Under the pieces are notes generated by a model. The model saw only the letters and a list, made by a program, of their open reading frames with translations, did not search any database and was not told the DNA's origin. Positions 49,788 to 60,387 of a stretch of DNA of 64,000 nt are shown here, piece after piece. Positions within the stretch are counted from its first letter, which is position 1. Every line of letters starts with the position of its first letter. This DNA comes from an uncultured Bacilli bacterium (GTDB lineage: Bacteria; Bacillota_I; Bacilli_A; RF39; UBA660), in contig CAKPTA010000001.1 of NCBI GenBank assembly GCA_934190785.1, forward strand, positions 111,540 to 175,539, read 5' to 3'. A program made the position numbers and the translations under genes.

Positions 49788-50915
49788 ATGGTTTATTTAG
49801 ATTATTCGGCAACAACGCCTGTTAATAAAGATGTATTAGATAGTTTTAATAAAGTAACATGTGATTTTATTGGTAATGCGAATTCTATTCATTTACTTGG
49901 TGTAAAAGGAAGAACTTTAGAAGAACAAGCAACAAATCAAATTAGGGATATTTTGAAAATTAATGATTATGATATTATTTATACAAGTGGCGCTAGCGAA
50001 GCAAATAATACAGTAATTAAAGGTATTGCTAGTATGTATAGTAATCGTGGTAAAAAAATTATTACAACAAATTTGGAACATTCTTCAATATATGGTCCAC
50101 TTGAATATTTAGAAAAATATGGATTTGAAATTATAAAGATGCCAACTGATAGTAATGGAATTGTTATACTTAGTGAACTAGAGAAACTTATCGATGATTC
50201 TACAATTCTTGTTACTGTTGCAGCTGTAAATAGTGAAACAGGAATCCTTCAACCAATAAATGAAATAGGGAAAATCGTTAAGCAGAATAAAAAATGCTTC
50301 TTTCACGTTGATATGACTCAAAGCATAGGAAAGATTAATATGTCATTTAATGATGTTGATTTTGCAAGTATGTCTGCACATAAAATATATGGCCTTAAAG
50401 GTATTGGTATTTTATTTAAGAAAAAGAATATTGTTATAGAACCACTTATTCATGGAGGTAAAAGTACTACTAAGTATCGTAGTGGAACGCCACCTTTAGC
50501 CTTAATTGTATCAACTTCTAAAGCCCTTAGACTTGCTTATTCTAATATAGAACAGAAGTATGAATACGTATCTAAGTTAAATAAAAAAATCATTACTAAA
50601 TTAAGATGTTATGATAAAGTACGTGTCAATAGTAATGATAAATGTATACCTCATATTATTAATTTTAGTGTACTAGGTGTAAAACCAGAAAGTATGCAAC
50701 ATGCATTAGAAGAATATGAAGTTTATATATCTACTAAAAGTGCATGTAGTGGTGGTAATGATGTTTCTTTAGCTGTACTAGAAGTTACTAAGAATAGTGA
50801 AATTGCTAAACATAGTCTTCGTATAAGCTTATCACATCTAACTAGTGAAGAAGATGTAGATAAATTTTTATTTGCTTTTGATAAGTGTTATCAAAAAATG
50901 TGTAATTTAAAATAA
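49788..50915 (+). CDS. cysteine desulfurase family protein (class V aminotransferase, NifS/IscS-like)
   Basis: MVYLDYSATTP N-terminus, SAHKIYGLKG PLP-lysine region, active-site Cys near SACSGG. Confidence 0.75.
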   Translation: MVYLDYSATTPVNKDVLDSFNKVTCDFIGNANSIHLLGVKGRTLEEQATNQIRDILKINDYDIIYTSGASEANNTVIKGIASMYSNRGKKIITTNLEHSSIYGPLEYLEKYGFEIIKMPTDSNGIVILSELEKLIDDSTILVTVAAVNSETGILQPINEIGKIVKQNKKCFFHVDMTQSIGKINMSFNDVDFASMSAHKIYGLKGIGILFKKKNIVIEPLIHGGKSTTKYRSGTPPLALIVSTSKALRLAYSNIEQKYEYVSKLNKKIITKLRCYDKVRVNSNDKCIPHIINFSVLGVKPESMQHALEEYEVYISTKSACSGGNDVSLAVLEVTKNSEIAKHSLRISLSHLTSEEDVDKFLFAFDKCYQKMCNLK

Positions 50916-50945
50916 AAAAGCTAATTTTAGCTTTTATTTTTTTGA
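50916..50945. terminator. bidirectional terminator
   Basis: aaagctaa-tt-ttagcttt between convergent genes. Confidence 0.5.
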
Positions 50946-52408
50946 TATAAAATATATGTTGTTGTTTGATTTAAATTGTTTGTTTGAGTGTGTCTTTTAA
51001 TTTCATGATAATTTTTTCTAATTTTATCAATTCTTTTTTTTGAAATAGTATTTTTAACAATAATGAAGTTTACTTTAGCTTCATCTACGTATCTATCTTG
51101 TTCATCCATCATTTCTGGATAATTTTTATATGGAATATTATTTTTCATAAAATAATAGTATTTAGGAATAACTTCAGCTTCGAGATAAAATCCACCATCT
51201 AAGAAGCCATAATTTAAAAGTGATTTGTCATTGTTTTGTTTTATAATATCAGAGAATATTATTTGAGCATAGTCACTATTTTTTTTCTTTAACATGAGTG
51301 TATTTGATGATAATTTAAAAGTTAGTGGAATTAAAATTGATAATACAAAGAAATATGTATACCATTTAATTTTAAAAGGATATATTTTTAACAGTAGTGA
51401 AATACCAATTATAATAAATATAGATAGAGGAAGAGAGTAGTAGTGAAAGTTTGTACCTCCAATATAGATAAATATACCAGTTGTAAGTAAACATAAAAGT
51501 AATGCTAGTTTACTATATTTTTTTGCAAAGATATTCTCTTTCATGAAAAGAGCTATAAATCCTACCACTATTCCAAGAAATAAAATATAATTTTTAAATA
51601 TATTTTTAAATAATAAAGTAAATGTTTTAATTATCTTAGCACCTATACTTGCTTTAACTGGATAGGATTTAATATTAATAATAAAATATACATTAAAGAA
51701 GTCATACAAAGCATTATTTAGACTGAAGTAAATAAGCCATGGAAGAACAGGAAGTGCCATACCAAGTAAAAAGATAAGGCATGACATGAAAGCATCTTTA
51801 TATTTTTGATCTTTTAATTGATATAGAAAAATTATAATCATAAATCCAAAGTGAAATCCAAGTAACGTATATTTTATTAAGAGAACCATACCAGCTATAA
51901 ATCCATTTATAAATAGTTCTTTGCTATCCATTTTGGAACTATCACTTTTAAGATATTTAATTAAATAATATCCAGATATTGCTAGAAGTGGAAGAGTAAA
52001 CTCTTCGGCGCTTCCACCATGAGAGAAAGATCTTAAAGTAACAATTCCAAAAGTAATAATTGGAAGAGTGAGTATACTTTTTTTTGTCTCTATGAAAAGA
52101 GCTACAATTTTTTCTATATAGTATAAAAATATAGAAAACGATATTACTTCTAATATAAATACTCCAGTAAAACTGTTATAACTTATAAGTGAACCAATTC
52201 CATAAATTAAATAAAGCAGGGGTCCTTTTTGTTCAAATAAGTCACGGTATGGAAGGAGTCCTCTCATCATACTTTTTCCAACTGTAAAAAATGCATTAGC
52301 GTCAACCCAATCGTTCATTATATAAAGAGGAGAGTTTTTGCTGCATATAAGTAAAAAAATAGTTGATATAAATACACAAATACCATATATTTTTAAATTC
52401 TTTTTCAT
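50927..52408 (-). CDS. GT-C fold polytopic membrane glycosyltransferase (ArnT/PMT-like)
   Basis: About 12 TM helices. N-terminal loop ...DANAFFTVGKSMMRGLLPYRDLFEQKGPLLY is typical of family-39/83-like glycosyltransferases. Confidence 0.45.
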   Translation of the reverse strand: MKKNLKIYGICVFISTIFLLICSKNSPLYIMNDWVDANAFFTVGKSMMRGLLPYRDLFEQKGPLLYLIYGIGSLISYNSFTGVFILEVISFSIFLYYIEKIVALFIETKKSILTLPIITFGIVTLRSFSHGGSAEEFTLPLLAISGYYLIKYLKSDSSKMDSKELFINGFIAGMVLLIKYTLLGFHFGFMIIIFLYQLKDQKYKDAFMSCLIFLLGMALPVLPWLIYFSLNNALYDFFNVYFIINIKSYPVKASIGAKIIKTFTLLFKNIFKNYILFLGIVVGFIALFMKENIFAKKYSKLALLLCLLTTGIFIYIGGTNFHYYSLPLSIFIIIGISLLLKIYPFKIKWYTYFFVLSILIPLTFKLSSNTLMLKKKNSDYAQIIFSDIIKQNNDKSLLNYGFLDGGFYLEAEVIPKYYYFMKNNIPYKNYPEMMDEQDRYVDEAKVNFIIVKNTISKKRIDKIRKNYHEIKRHTQTNNLNQTTTYILYQKNKS

Positions 52409-52609
52409 AAAATCACCACTAGTTATATTGTACCATGTTCTTTGCTAGATAAAATGAATAAATTGTCATATTGACATATTTTATAAATAATTTAAATTTA
52501 TAAAAAAATAAAACTACTATATAGTTTAATTTCTTTAAATAATAATTATTTATATAAAAAATTTATTTTGAAAACAAAAGAAAAAATCAGTAAATAATAT
52601 TACTGACTT

Positions 52610-53230
52610 TTATTTCTTTAATAATTTTACTCTAGCGATTTTAGCTTCGTTTTCTTTACAATACTCTGTTAAAAAGCTATGATATTGATTAAATATCTGT
52701 TCCATATATTCTTCTCTAACGTTTTCATTTTGCGAAAAACCGCTATTATAAGCATTAATAAATTCAATTTGTAATTTTAACTGATAATGATTAATTTTTA
52801 AATCGTCGTATACTAACTTGAATTTTGAAAAAGATGGAATTTCATTTAATACATCTTTAGTAAATGCAAGATGAAGATTTAATGAAGTATTGTCTTCTAT
52901 TAATTTTAATACGGCTTTTCTTTTTGTTACTATTTCATTATATCTTTGATTTAATTCATTTTTGTTAGTTGCTTCATCAATGACTCTATAAGATTTTAAT
53001 AAGTTAGATATATTAACTATCAATGAGTCTATATATCCTAAATATGTTATATATATTTTCATTTGGTTTACTAATTTTTGTTGCCAAAGAAAAGCATCGT
53101 AAGTAGTAGAACCTGTATTTATAAATTCAATAGAACTTTTTGCTTCTTTATCAGATATATGTTTTAATTCTTTATAATTTCTTTTCATCATAAGTTTATA
53201 TACTTTTTCGTTTTTGTTTAATTTATTCAT
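52610..53230 (-). CDS. hypothetical protein
   Basis: 206-aa ORF downstream of the tRNA pair. Confidence 0.35.
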   Translation of the reverse strand: MNKLNKNEKVYKLMMKRNYKELKHISDKEAKSSIEFINTGSTTYDAFLWQQKLVNQMKIYITYLGYIDSLIVNISNLLKSYRVIDEATNKNELNQRYNEIVTKRKAVLKLIEDNTSLNLHLAFTKDVLNEIPSFSKFKLVYDDLKINHYQLKLQIEFINAYNSGFSQNENVREEYMEQIFNQYHSFLTEYCKENEAKIARVKLLKK

Positions 53231-53400
53231 AATTTATTTTACCTTTCTTAAATTTATTATTAAAATTAAAGTGTTATTTATTTTTTTAGTTTGAGTAAGT
53301 ATCGATGAATCTTCAAAATGGTAAAAGTAGTAGAGGAACTCATTCAAAATATTTGGGTAATAAAAAACTCAAACTTTTATAGTTCGAGTTTTATATCAAT

Positions 53401-53487
53401 TTGGTGCGAGTGAAGGGACTTGAACCCCCACGCCGTAAGGCACTAGATCCTAAGTCTAGCGCGTCTGCCAATTTCGCCACACTCGCA
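53401..53487 (-). tRNA. tRNA-Leu (anticodon TAG)
   Basis: Reverse complement GCGAGTGTGGCGAAATTGGCAGACGC...CTTAGGA...long variable arm...GGTTCAAGTCCC...CCA. Confidence 0.85.
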
Positions 53488-53496
53488 AATTTTAAA

Positions 53497-53573
53497 TGGT
53501 GGACCCAGAAGGACTCGAACCTGCGACCGCCCGGTTATGAGCCGGATGCTCTAACCAACTGAGCTATGGGTCC
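53497..53573 (-). tRNA. tRNA with CAT anticodon, most likely tRNA-Ile2 (lysidine) rather than Met
   Basis: Reverse complement GGACCCATAGCTCAGTTGGTTAGAGC...CTCATAA...GGTTCGAGTCC...CCA, close to Bacillus tRNA-Ile(CAU). Confidence 0.8.
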
Positions 53574-53733
53574 GCAACCACTGCTATTACATAATAGCAT
53601 ATTTTTTTTGATAGTGCAATAAAAATTTTAAAAAATTTATAAAGTTTACAAATAAATTTATTTGTATAGTATATTATATTCTGATTTTTTTAAATTATTT
53701 TATCTTTTTACTAAAATATGATAGAATGAATGT

Positions 53734-54384
53734 GTGATGAATATGTATGGTAATAAGTTAGATAAAAGTACTATTGAAAAATATTTATGTGATGATTATT
53801 TTCTTGGCTCTGGTAAAGAGGTTAATGCATATAGATATAATGACTTAGTAATTAAAATTTTTAAGGAAGACAAAACTTCACCGTTTGTATCATTAAGCGA
53901 GGATGCTATTTTAAAGTTAGCGTCTCTTCCGTTAAAGTGTTTTAATAAACCAATTGATATTATAGTATCTGGTAATAAAATGGTTGGCTATACAGAAAAA
54001 TATCTTGAAGAGTGTATGACTAGTGATGGTGTTATATATGATTCTCTTTGTGATATAAAGGATGATATTACTGTTCTTAGCCAAAATGGTTTTGTTATTA
54101 ATGATTTATTTTATAATTATGCTTTAGTAAATGATAAAATTGTTTTTTATGATATGACAAGTTATAATTATGTTAATACGAACGTACCTTTTTTGTTAGA
54201 TAAATTTTTCAAACAAAATATTGATGTTATGAATACGTTTTTAGTTGGTTATTTATATTTTGATGCTTTTAGAAAAGGAAGTAGGAATGAATATACTAAA
54301 ATATATAATGCACAGGAATATATTAGATGTAATTTAAATGGGGAATTTTTTTCTGAGACTTTAACTAATAGCCATGTAAAATAG
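53734..54384 (+). CDS. hypothetical protein, possibly protein-kinase-like fold
   Basis: Gly-rich loop followed by VIKIF (GSGKEVNAYRYNDLVIKIF). Weak. Confidence 0.3.
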   Translation: MMNMYGNKLDKSTIEKYLCDDYFLGSGKEVNAYRYNDLVIKIFKEDKTSPFVSLSEDAILKLASLPLKCFNKPIDIIVSGNKMVGYTEKYLEECMTSDGVIYDSLCDIKDDITVLSQNGFVINDLFYNYALVNDKIVFYDMTSYNYVNTNVPFLLDKFFKQNIDVMNTFLVGYLYFDAFRKGSRNEYTKIYNAQEYIRCNLNGEFFSETLTNSHVK

Positions 54385-54396
54385 AGAGGTGATTTT

Positions 54397-55791
54397 ATGA
54401 AAATTTATAATACACTTACACATTCAGTTTGTGACTTTATACCAAATAAAGAGGGACATGTTAAAATGTATACATGTGGACCTACGGTATATCATTATGC
54501 TCATATTGGTAATTTAAGAACATATATTACAGAGGATATTTTAGAAAAAACATTAGAGTATATTGGGTATGATGTCGATAGAGTTATGAATATTACTGAT
54601 GTTGGGCATTTAAGTAGTGATTCTGATTCTGGTGAAGATAAGATGTTAAAAGGTGCTAAAAGGGAGCATAAATCGGTTATGGATATTGCTAAATTTTATA
54701 CTGATGCCTTTTTAGCTGATTGTAATGAGCTTAATATTAAAATACCTAAAAAACTTATTCCTGCAACTACTTGTATTGATGAATATATAAAAATAATTGA
54801 AGTTCTTTTAGATAAAGAGTTTGCATATATATCTGGAGGCAATGTTTATTTTGACACATCTAAGTTAGATGATTATTATGTATTAACAAATCACAAGGAA
54901 GATGAGATGGTTGTTGGTGTAAGAGAGGGTGTTTTAGCTGATTTAAACAAAAAAAATCAGAATGATTTTGTTTTATGGTTTACAAAATCAAAATTTGATT
55001 CACAAGAATTAAAATGGGATTCTCCTTTTGGACTTGGTTATCCAGGATGGCACATAGAATGTTCTGGAATAAGCCTTAAATATTTAGGTGAATTTCTTGA
55101 TATCCACTGTGGTGGGGTTGATAATATTTTCCCTCATCACACAAATGAAATTGCTCAAAGTGAATCTTATATAGGACACAAATGGTGTAATTTCTGGGTT
55201 CATAGTGAACACTTAAATGATGAAACGGGAAAAATGAGTAAATCTAAAGGAGAGTTTTTAACGGTATCACTTTTAAAAGAAAAAGGATATAATCCTCTTG
55301 CATATCGTTTATTTTGCCTTCAGTCTCATTATCGTAAAACTTTATTATTTAGTTATGATGTTTTAAATCAAGTACAAAGTGTTTATGATAAACTTATAAG
55401 ACGTATTCAAAATATTAGTGAAGATGGTTCTGTTTCAATGGATGCAGTAGCAGCTTATAAAGAAAAATTTATTGAATGTATTACTAATGATATGAATACA
55501 GCATCAAGTTTAACAGTATTATATGATGTATTAAAGGATAAAAATATAAATGGTAGTACAAAACTATATTTGGTTAAAGATTTTGATAAAGTTCTATCTT
55601 TAAATCTTATAACAAATAATTCTGTAGTTTCTAATGAACTTGATTGTTATATTGAAGAGATGATTACTAAGAGAAATGAAGCTAAGAAAAATAAAGATTT
55701 TTGCCTTGCTGATGCAATTAGAAATGAACTTTTAGATAAAGGTATTGTTCTTATGGATACAAGAGAAGGAACAAAGTATGAATTAAGGTAG
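54397..55791 (+). CDS. cysS: cysteine--tRNA ligase
   Basis: HIGN (HYAHIGNLR) and KMSKS motifs, 464 aa. Confidence 0.95.
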   Translation: MKIYNTLTHSVCDFIPNKEGHVKMYTCGPTVYHYAHIGNLRTYITEDILEKTLEYIGYDVDRVMNITDVGHLSSDSDSGEDKMLKGAKREHKSVMDIAKFYTDAFLADCNELNIKIPKKLIPATTCIDEYIKIIEVLLDKEFAYISGGNVYFDTSKLDDYYVLTNHKEDEMVVGVREGVLADLNKKNQNDFVLWFTKSKFDSQELKWDSPFGLGYPGWHIECSGISLKYLGEFLDIHCGGVDNIFPHHTNEIAQSESYIGHKWCNFWVHSEHLNDETGKMSKSKGEFLTVSLLKEKGYNPLAYRLFCLQSHYRKTLLFSYDVLNQVQSVYDKLIRRIQNISEDGSVSMDAVAAYKEKFIECITNDMNTASSLTVLYDVLKDKNINGSTKLYLVKDFDKVLSLNLITNNSVVSNELDCYIEEMITKRNEAKKNKDFCLADAIRNELLDKGIVLMDTREGTKYELR

Positions 55792-55799
55792 GTGTTTTT

Positions 55800-56495
55800 A
55801 TGTATTATTATGGATTAGAAAATATAATTACAATTATGCTTTCTGTTATTGGTTTTGTTATTGTTCTTGCAGCTCAATCTTTTATAAGTAGCTCTTATAA
55901 TAAATATAAGAAGGTTTCTAATAATAAAAATATTAGTGGAAGTGAAGTTGCTAGAATTATTTTGGATAAGAATGGTCTTAATGATATTCATGTTGTTGAA
56001 GTTAGTGGTGAACTTACGGATCACTATGATCCAACAAGAAAAGTAGTCCGACTTTCATCTTCTATTTTTCATGGTAACAGCATTGCTGCTATGGCTGTAG
56101 CTGCTCATGAGTGTGGTCACGCTATTCAAGATAAAGAAAATTATACATTTATGAGAATTAGAAGTAGTTTAGTTCCTATTGTTAATTTTGTTAGTTATGC
56201 AGGATATTTTGTGACATTGTTTGGTCTTTTTATTGGTGTTACAGGATATCTTAAGGTAGGTATTTTTATGCTTCTTGCAACAATTTTATTTCAACTTGTA
56301 ACGCTTCCTGTTGAATTTGATGCATCAAGAAGAGCTAAGGCGCAAATTGATGAATTATCTTTAGCCTCAAATAATGAATTAGATGCAGTTAAAAATATGC
56401 TTTTTGCTGCGGCAATGACTTATGTGGCAAGTCTTGTATCATCTATTTTAAATTTACTTCGATTAATTATTATGTTGAGGGATAGGAATGATTGA
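55800..56495 (+). CDS. YugP-like membrane zinc metallopeptidase
   Basis: AAHECGHAIQ HExxH motif and TM helices. Confidence 0.7.
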   Translation: MYYYGLENIITIMLSVIGFVIVLAAQSFISSSYNKYKKVSNNKNISGSEVARIILDKNGLNDIHVVEVSGELTDHYDPTRKVVRLSSSIFHGNSIAAMAVAAHECGHAIQDKENYTFMRIRSSLVPIVNFVSYAGYFVTLFGLFIGVTGYLKVGIFMLLATILFQLVTLPVEFDASRRAKAQIDELSLASNNELDAVKNMLFAAAMTYVASLVSSILNLLRLIIMLRDRND

Positions 56496-56510
56496 TTTAT
56501 TCCTTTTTTT

Positions 56511-57962
56511 ATGGTATTATCTTGTAGTTGGGATGTGGTATGCATGAAATTACCTAATTTGTTAGAAGCAAAGAAAAGAAGTAGTCATGAAGTTTTAACA
56601 AAAACAATTGATTATATAATTAGTCAAAACTTAAAAGATTTAGGTCGCGGTAAAAAGTATTTTGTTAGAACTTATGGATGCCAAATGAATGAGCATGATG
56701 GTGAAAATATAAAGGCAATTTTAGAAGATATGTCTTTTACAGAAACTGATACTATGGAAAATGCTGATTTAATTTTATTAAATACTTGCGCTATTCGCGA
56801 AAATGCACATAATAAAGTATTTGGCATGATTGGAAGAATAAAGCATTTAAAAGAAGAAAAGCCTGATATAATAGCAGGAATTTGTGGTTGCATGGCACAA
56901 GAAGAAGTTGTTGTTCGTGAAATTCTTGAAAAGTATAATTGGCTTGATATTGTCTTTGGTACTCATAATATTTATGATCTTCCTAATATTTTATCTCGTG
57001 CAATCGAGAAAAAAGGTATTGAAGTCGATGTTCTTAGTATTGAAGGAGATGTCATTGAAAATATTCCTGTTAAAAGGGATAGTAAGTATAAAGCATGGAT
57101 TAATATAATGTATGGTTGCGATAAATTTTGTACTTATTGTATAGTTCCATATACAAGAGGAAAACAAAGAAGTAGACAACCTGAATATATTTTATCTGAA
57201 GTTAAAGGCCTTATAAATGATGGATATAAGGAAGTTACACTTTTAGGTCAGAATGTTAATGCTTATGGGAAAGATTTAGATATAGATTATCGCATGGAAA
57301 ATTTGCTTGAAGATGTTGCTCTAACAGGGATTGAGAGAATTCGTTTTGTAACCAGTCATCCATGGGATTTTACGGATGAGATGATTTCAGTAATTGCTAA
57401 ATATCCTAATATTATGCCGTATATTCATCTTCCTTTACAAAGTGGTTCTAATAAAATATTAAAACTTATGGGAAGACGATATACTAAAGAGGAGTATATT
57501 GAACTTTTTTCAAAACTAAAAAAAGCACTTCCTTACTCATCAATTACAACTGATATAATTGTTGGATTTCCAGGGGAAAGTGAGGAAGACTTTCTTGATA
57601 CACTTGATGTTGTAGATAAATGTGCATATGATTCGGCATTTACATTTATTTTTTCTAAAAGAGAAGGTACGCCAGCAGCACGTATGGATGATGATACACC
57701 ATTATCAGTTAAGGAAGAACGTTTACATAGATTAAATGAAAAAATCAATTTTTATTCTAAAAAAGCTAATGATGCTTATTTAAATAAGGTTGTTCCTGTA
57801 TTAATCGAAGGTAAAAGTGAAAAAGATTCATCTATGATGGCTGGATATACTGATACAATGAAATTGGTAAATGTTAAGGGTGATTTTTCTAATATTGGGA
57901 AAATTGTTAATGTAAAAATAACAAGTGTAAAAACTTGGAGTATGGATGGAGAAATTGTTTAA
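56511..57962 (+). CDS. miaB: tRNA-i6A37 methylthiotransferase MiaB (radical SAM)
   Basis: MTTase N-domain YGCQMNEHD, radical-SAM CTYC, TRAM C-terminus. Start may be ATG 56544. Confidence 0.85.
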   Translation: MVLSCSWDVVCMKLPNLLEAKKRSSHEVLTKTIDYIISQNLKDLGRGKKYFVRTYGCQMNEHDGENIKAILEDMSFTETDTMENADLILLNTCAIRENAHNKVFGMIGRIKHLKEEKPDIIAGICGCMAQEEVVVREILEKYNWLDIVFGTHNIYDLPNILSRAIEKKGIEVDVLSIEGDVIENIPVKRDSKYKAWINIMYGCDKFCTYCIVPYTRGKQRSRQPEYILSEVKGLINDGYKEVTLLGQNVNAYGKDLDIDYRMENLLEDVALTGIERIRFVTSHPWDFTDEMISVIAKYPNIMPYIHLPLQSGSNKILKLMGRRYTKEEYIELFSKLKKALPYSSITTDIIVGFPGESEEDFLDTLDVVDKCAYDSAFTFIFSKREGTPAARMDDDTPLSVKEERLHRLNEKINFYSKKANDAYLNKVVPVLIEGKSEKDSSMMAGYTDTMKLVNVKGDFSNIGKIVNVKITSVKTWSMDGEIV

Positions 57963-58001
57963 TTGCTATAATTTTTCATATAATTAAGATGGGGTGATAA
58001 A

Positions 58002-58466
58002 ATGGTAGATAAATATAAAGTGTTATTATTACATGTTGATTTATTTTTAAAACAGATGAATGAACAAAATAAAAGTTTAAAAAGTGTAAGAGCATATGAT
58101 GAATATAAAAAACGTGAATTATTAGAGTCGCTATATAAGAATTATCCATTATATTTAATAGGTGGGACTGACAAGAACAAATTAATTCGTGAGTCTAATA
58201 TAATTGGTATAAATGATTATTTTAAGGGGTTTTATTCTTTGGATAAGAACGATCCATCTTTGGGACCTATTATGTATGATTTGAACATGTCTAATCCTGA
58301 AGAATATTTGGTATGTGGTACGAATGAAGAATATGAAATTTCTATGGCTATTAGAGCTTATATGGACAGTTGTTATGTTGGGTCTAGTGGAAATAGTGCG
58401 GCATTGGATGCTACATATCGAGTTACTGATGAAAGCGATATTAAAAAAGTATTAAAACTACAATAG
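58002..58466 (+). CDS. hypothetical protein
   Basis: 154 aa between miaB and mutL. Confidence 0.35.
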   Translation: MVDKYKVLLLHVDLFLKQMNEQNKSLKSVRAYDEYKKRELLESLYKNYPLYLIGGTDKNKLIRESNIIGINDYFKGFYSLDKNDPSLGPIMYDLNMSNPEEYLVCGTNEEYEISMAIRAYMDSCYVGSSGNSAALDATYRVTDESDIKKVLKLQ

Positions 58467-58510
58467 TAGTTTTTTTTCTTTTATTTTGATATAATGTATA
58501 TGGTGATGTT

Positions 58511-60331
58511 ATGTCTAGAATACATGTAATGGATGAACTTTTAGCAAATAAGATTGCGGCTGGAGAAGTAGTTGAAAGATGCGCTAGTGTTGTAAAAGAA
58601 TTAGTTGAAAATAGTATTGATGCAAAATCGACTGAGATTAGAGTCATCTTAGAAGAAGCTGGGACAAAAAAAATATGCGTTATTGACAATGGAATAGGTA
58701 TGGATAGGGAAGATGCTGTTTTAGCGTTTGGAAGACATGCTACAAGTAAACTTAGGAGTGAGGCTGATTTATTTAGAATAGAGACACTTGGATTCCGTGG
58801 TGAAGCGCTTGCATCTATTGCCAGTGTTAGTAATATTAACTTAAAGACTTCTGATGGTGTTGTTGGAACAGAAGCTAATTTAAGGGGTGGTAAAATTGAA
58901 TCAGTTACTTCTGCTGATTTGAGAAAGGGAACCTCTATTACAGTTTCCGACTTATTTTATAATACTCCAGCTAGATTAAAACACATGAAGAGTTTATATA
59001 CAGAACTTGCCTCAACAGTTGAATATATAAATAAAATTGCTTTATCTCATCCTGAAATTAAATTTACGTTAGAGAATAATGATAATATTTTAGTTAAAAC
59101 GGATGGAAGTGGTCAGTTATTAAAAACAATTAAAGATATTTATGGTATTTCAACTGTAAGAAAAATGATTCCAATTTCAGGAAGTGACAGAGATTATGAT
59201 GTATCAGGATATATTTCACTTCCAGAGGTTCATCGTTCAAATAGGAATCATATGGTTACTCTTGTAAATGGAAGGGTAGTTAGAAATAGTGAAATTAATA
59301 AAATAATTAATGATGCTTATCATTCTTATAAACCAGATACTCGTTATCCTATTGTTGTTATAAATATTGAACTTGATCCTAGTTTAGTAGATGTTAATAT
59401 TCATCCAACTAAAATGGATGTTAAGTTTTCCAAAATTGAAGAACTTAAAACACTTATTTATAATTTAATTCGTCATGAACTTGAAAAAGGAACGTTTATT
59501 CCGGATGCGGTTGAATCTGATGAAAATACTAGTATAACTGTTACTCCAGATACAGAAAGAAATGTTGATATTGAAAAAAAGCCTGTATATGTTGAACAAA
59601 AAATATCATTTGATATGATAAATGATGATAGTGATGAATATGTTTTAATTAGTGATAGTGATTCTTCTAATTCAGAATTATTTAAAACTGATGATTTTTA
59701 TAAAACTGAAGATAACAAAGAAAAAATTGAACCTAAAAAAGAGAGATTTCCAGAAATGTATCCAGTTGGTGTTGTTCATGGAACGTATATTGTGTGTCAA
59801 AGTGATAAAGGGATGTATTTAATTGATCAACATGCTGCTAAAGAAAGATGTAACTATGAGTTATTTAAAGAAGAGATGGGGCATCCTACTAAGGAAAAAA
59901 CAGCAATGTTATTTCCTTTTACAGAAGAATTTAATGCTAGTGAATTTATTGTTTTAAAAGAAAATTTTGATGTTTTAAGAAATATTGGATTTGAAATAGA
60001 GGAATTTGGTGTTAACTCAATTATTATAAAAGCTCATCCTGTTTGGCTTAATCATGATAATATAGAAGAAGCTATCCGTTCTATTTTAGAAATTGTAATT
60101 AAAATGGAAAAAAATTTCTCAGTAGAAAAATTTAATGAATCTGTTGCTACACTTCTTTCATGTAAAAAAGCTATTAAAGCTAATGATTTTATAACGATGG
60201 CTGAGGTTGAAAAGCTTATATCAGATTTAGGAAAGTGTAAGAATCCTTTTCACTGTCCACATGGAAGACCAACAACAATTTTTTATTCTAATTATGATTT
60301 AGAGAAACTATTTAAAAGAAGTGGTTTTTAA
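58511..60331 (+). CDS. mutL: DNA mismatch repair protein MutL
   Basis: N-terminal GHKL ATPase (ANKIAAGEVVERCASVVKELVENSIDA). C-terminal dimerisation domain ends ...HGRPTT. Confidence 0.9.
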   Translation: MSRIHVMDELLANKIAAGEVVERCASVVKELVENSIDAKSTEIRVILEEAGTKKICVIDNGIGMDREDAVLAFGRHATSKLRSEADLFRIETLGFRGEALASIASVSNINLKTSDGVVGTEANLRGGKIESVTSADLRKGTSITVSDLFYNTPARLKHMKSLYTELASTVEYINKIALSHPEIKFTLENNDNILVKTDGSGQLLKTIKDIYGISTVRKMIPISGSDRDYDVSGYISLPEVHRSNRNHMVTLVNGRVVRNSEINKIINDAYHSYKPDTRYPIVVINIELDPSLVDVNIHPTKMDVKFSKIEELKTLIYNLIRHELEKGTFIPDAVESDENTSITVTPDTERNVDIEKKPVYVEQKISFDMINDDSDEYVLISDSDSSNSELFKTDDFYKTEDNKEKIEPKKERFPEMYPVGVVHGTYIVCQSDKGMYLIDQHAAKERCNYELFKEEMGHPTKEKTAMLFPFTEEFNASEFIVLKENFDVLRNIGFEIEEFGVNSIIIKAHPVWLNHDNIEEAIRSILEIVIKMEKNFSVEKFNESVATLLSCKKAIKANDFITMAEVEKLISDLGKCKNPFHCPHGRPTTIFYSNYDLEKLFKRSGF

Positions 60332-60387
60332 GTATTTACTTATAGCTATAATTGTGATATTTTTAAAATGTGAAGGAGTGATTATGT

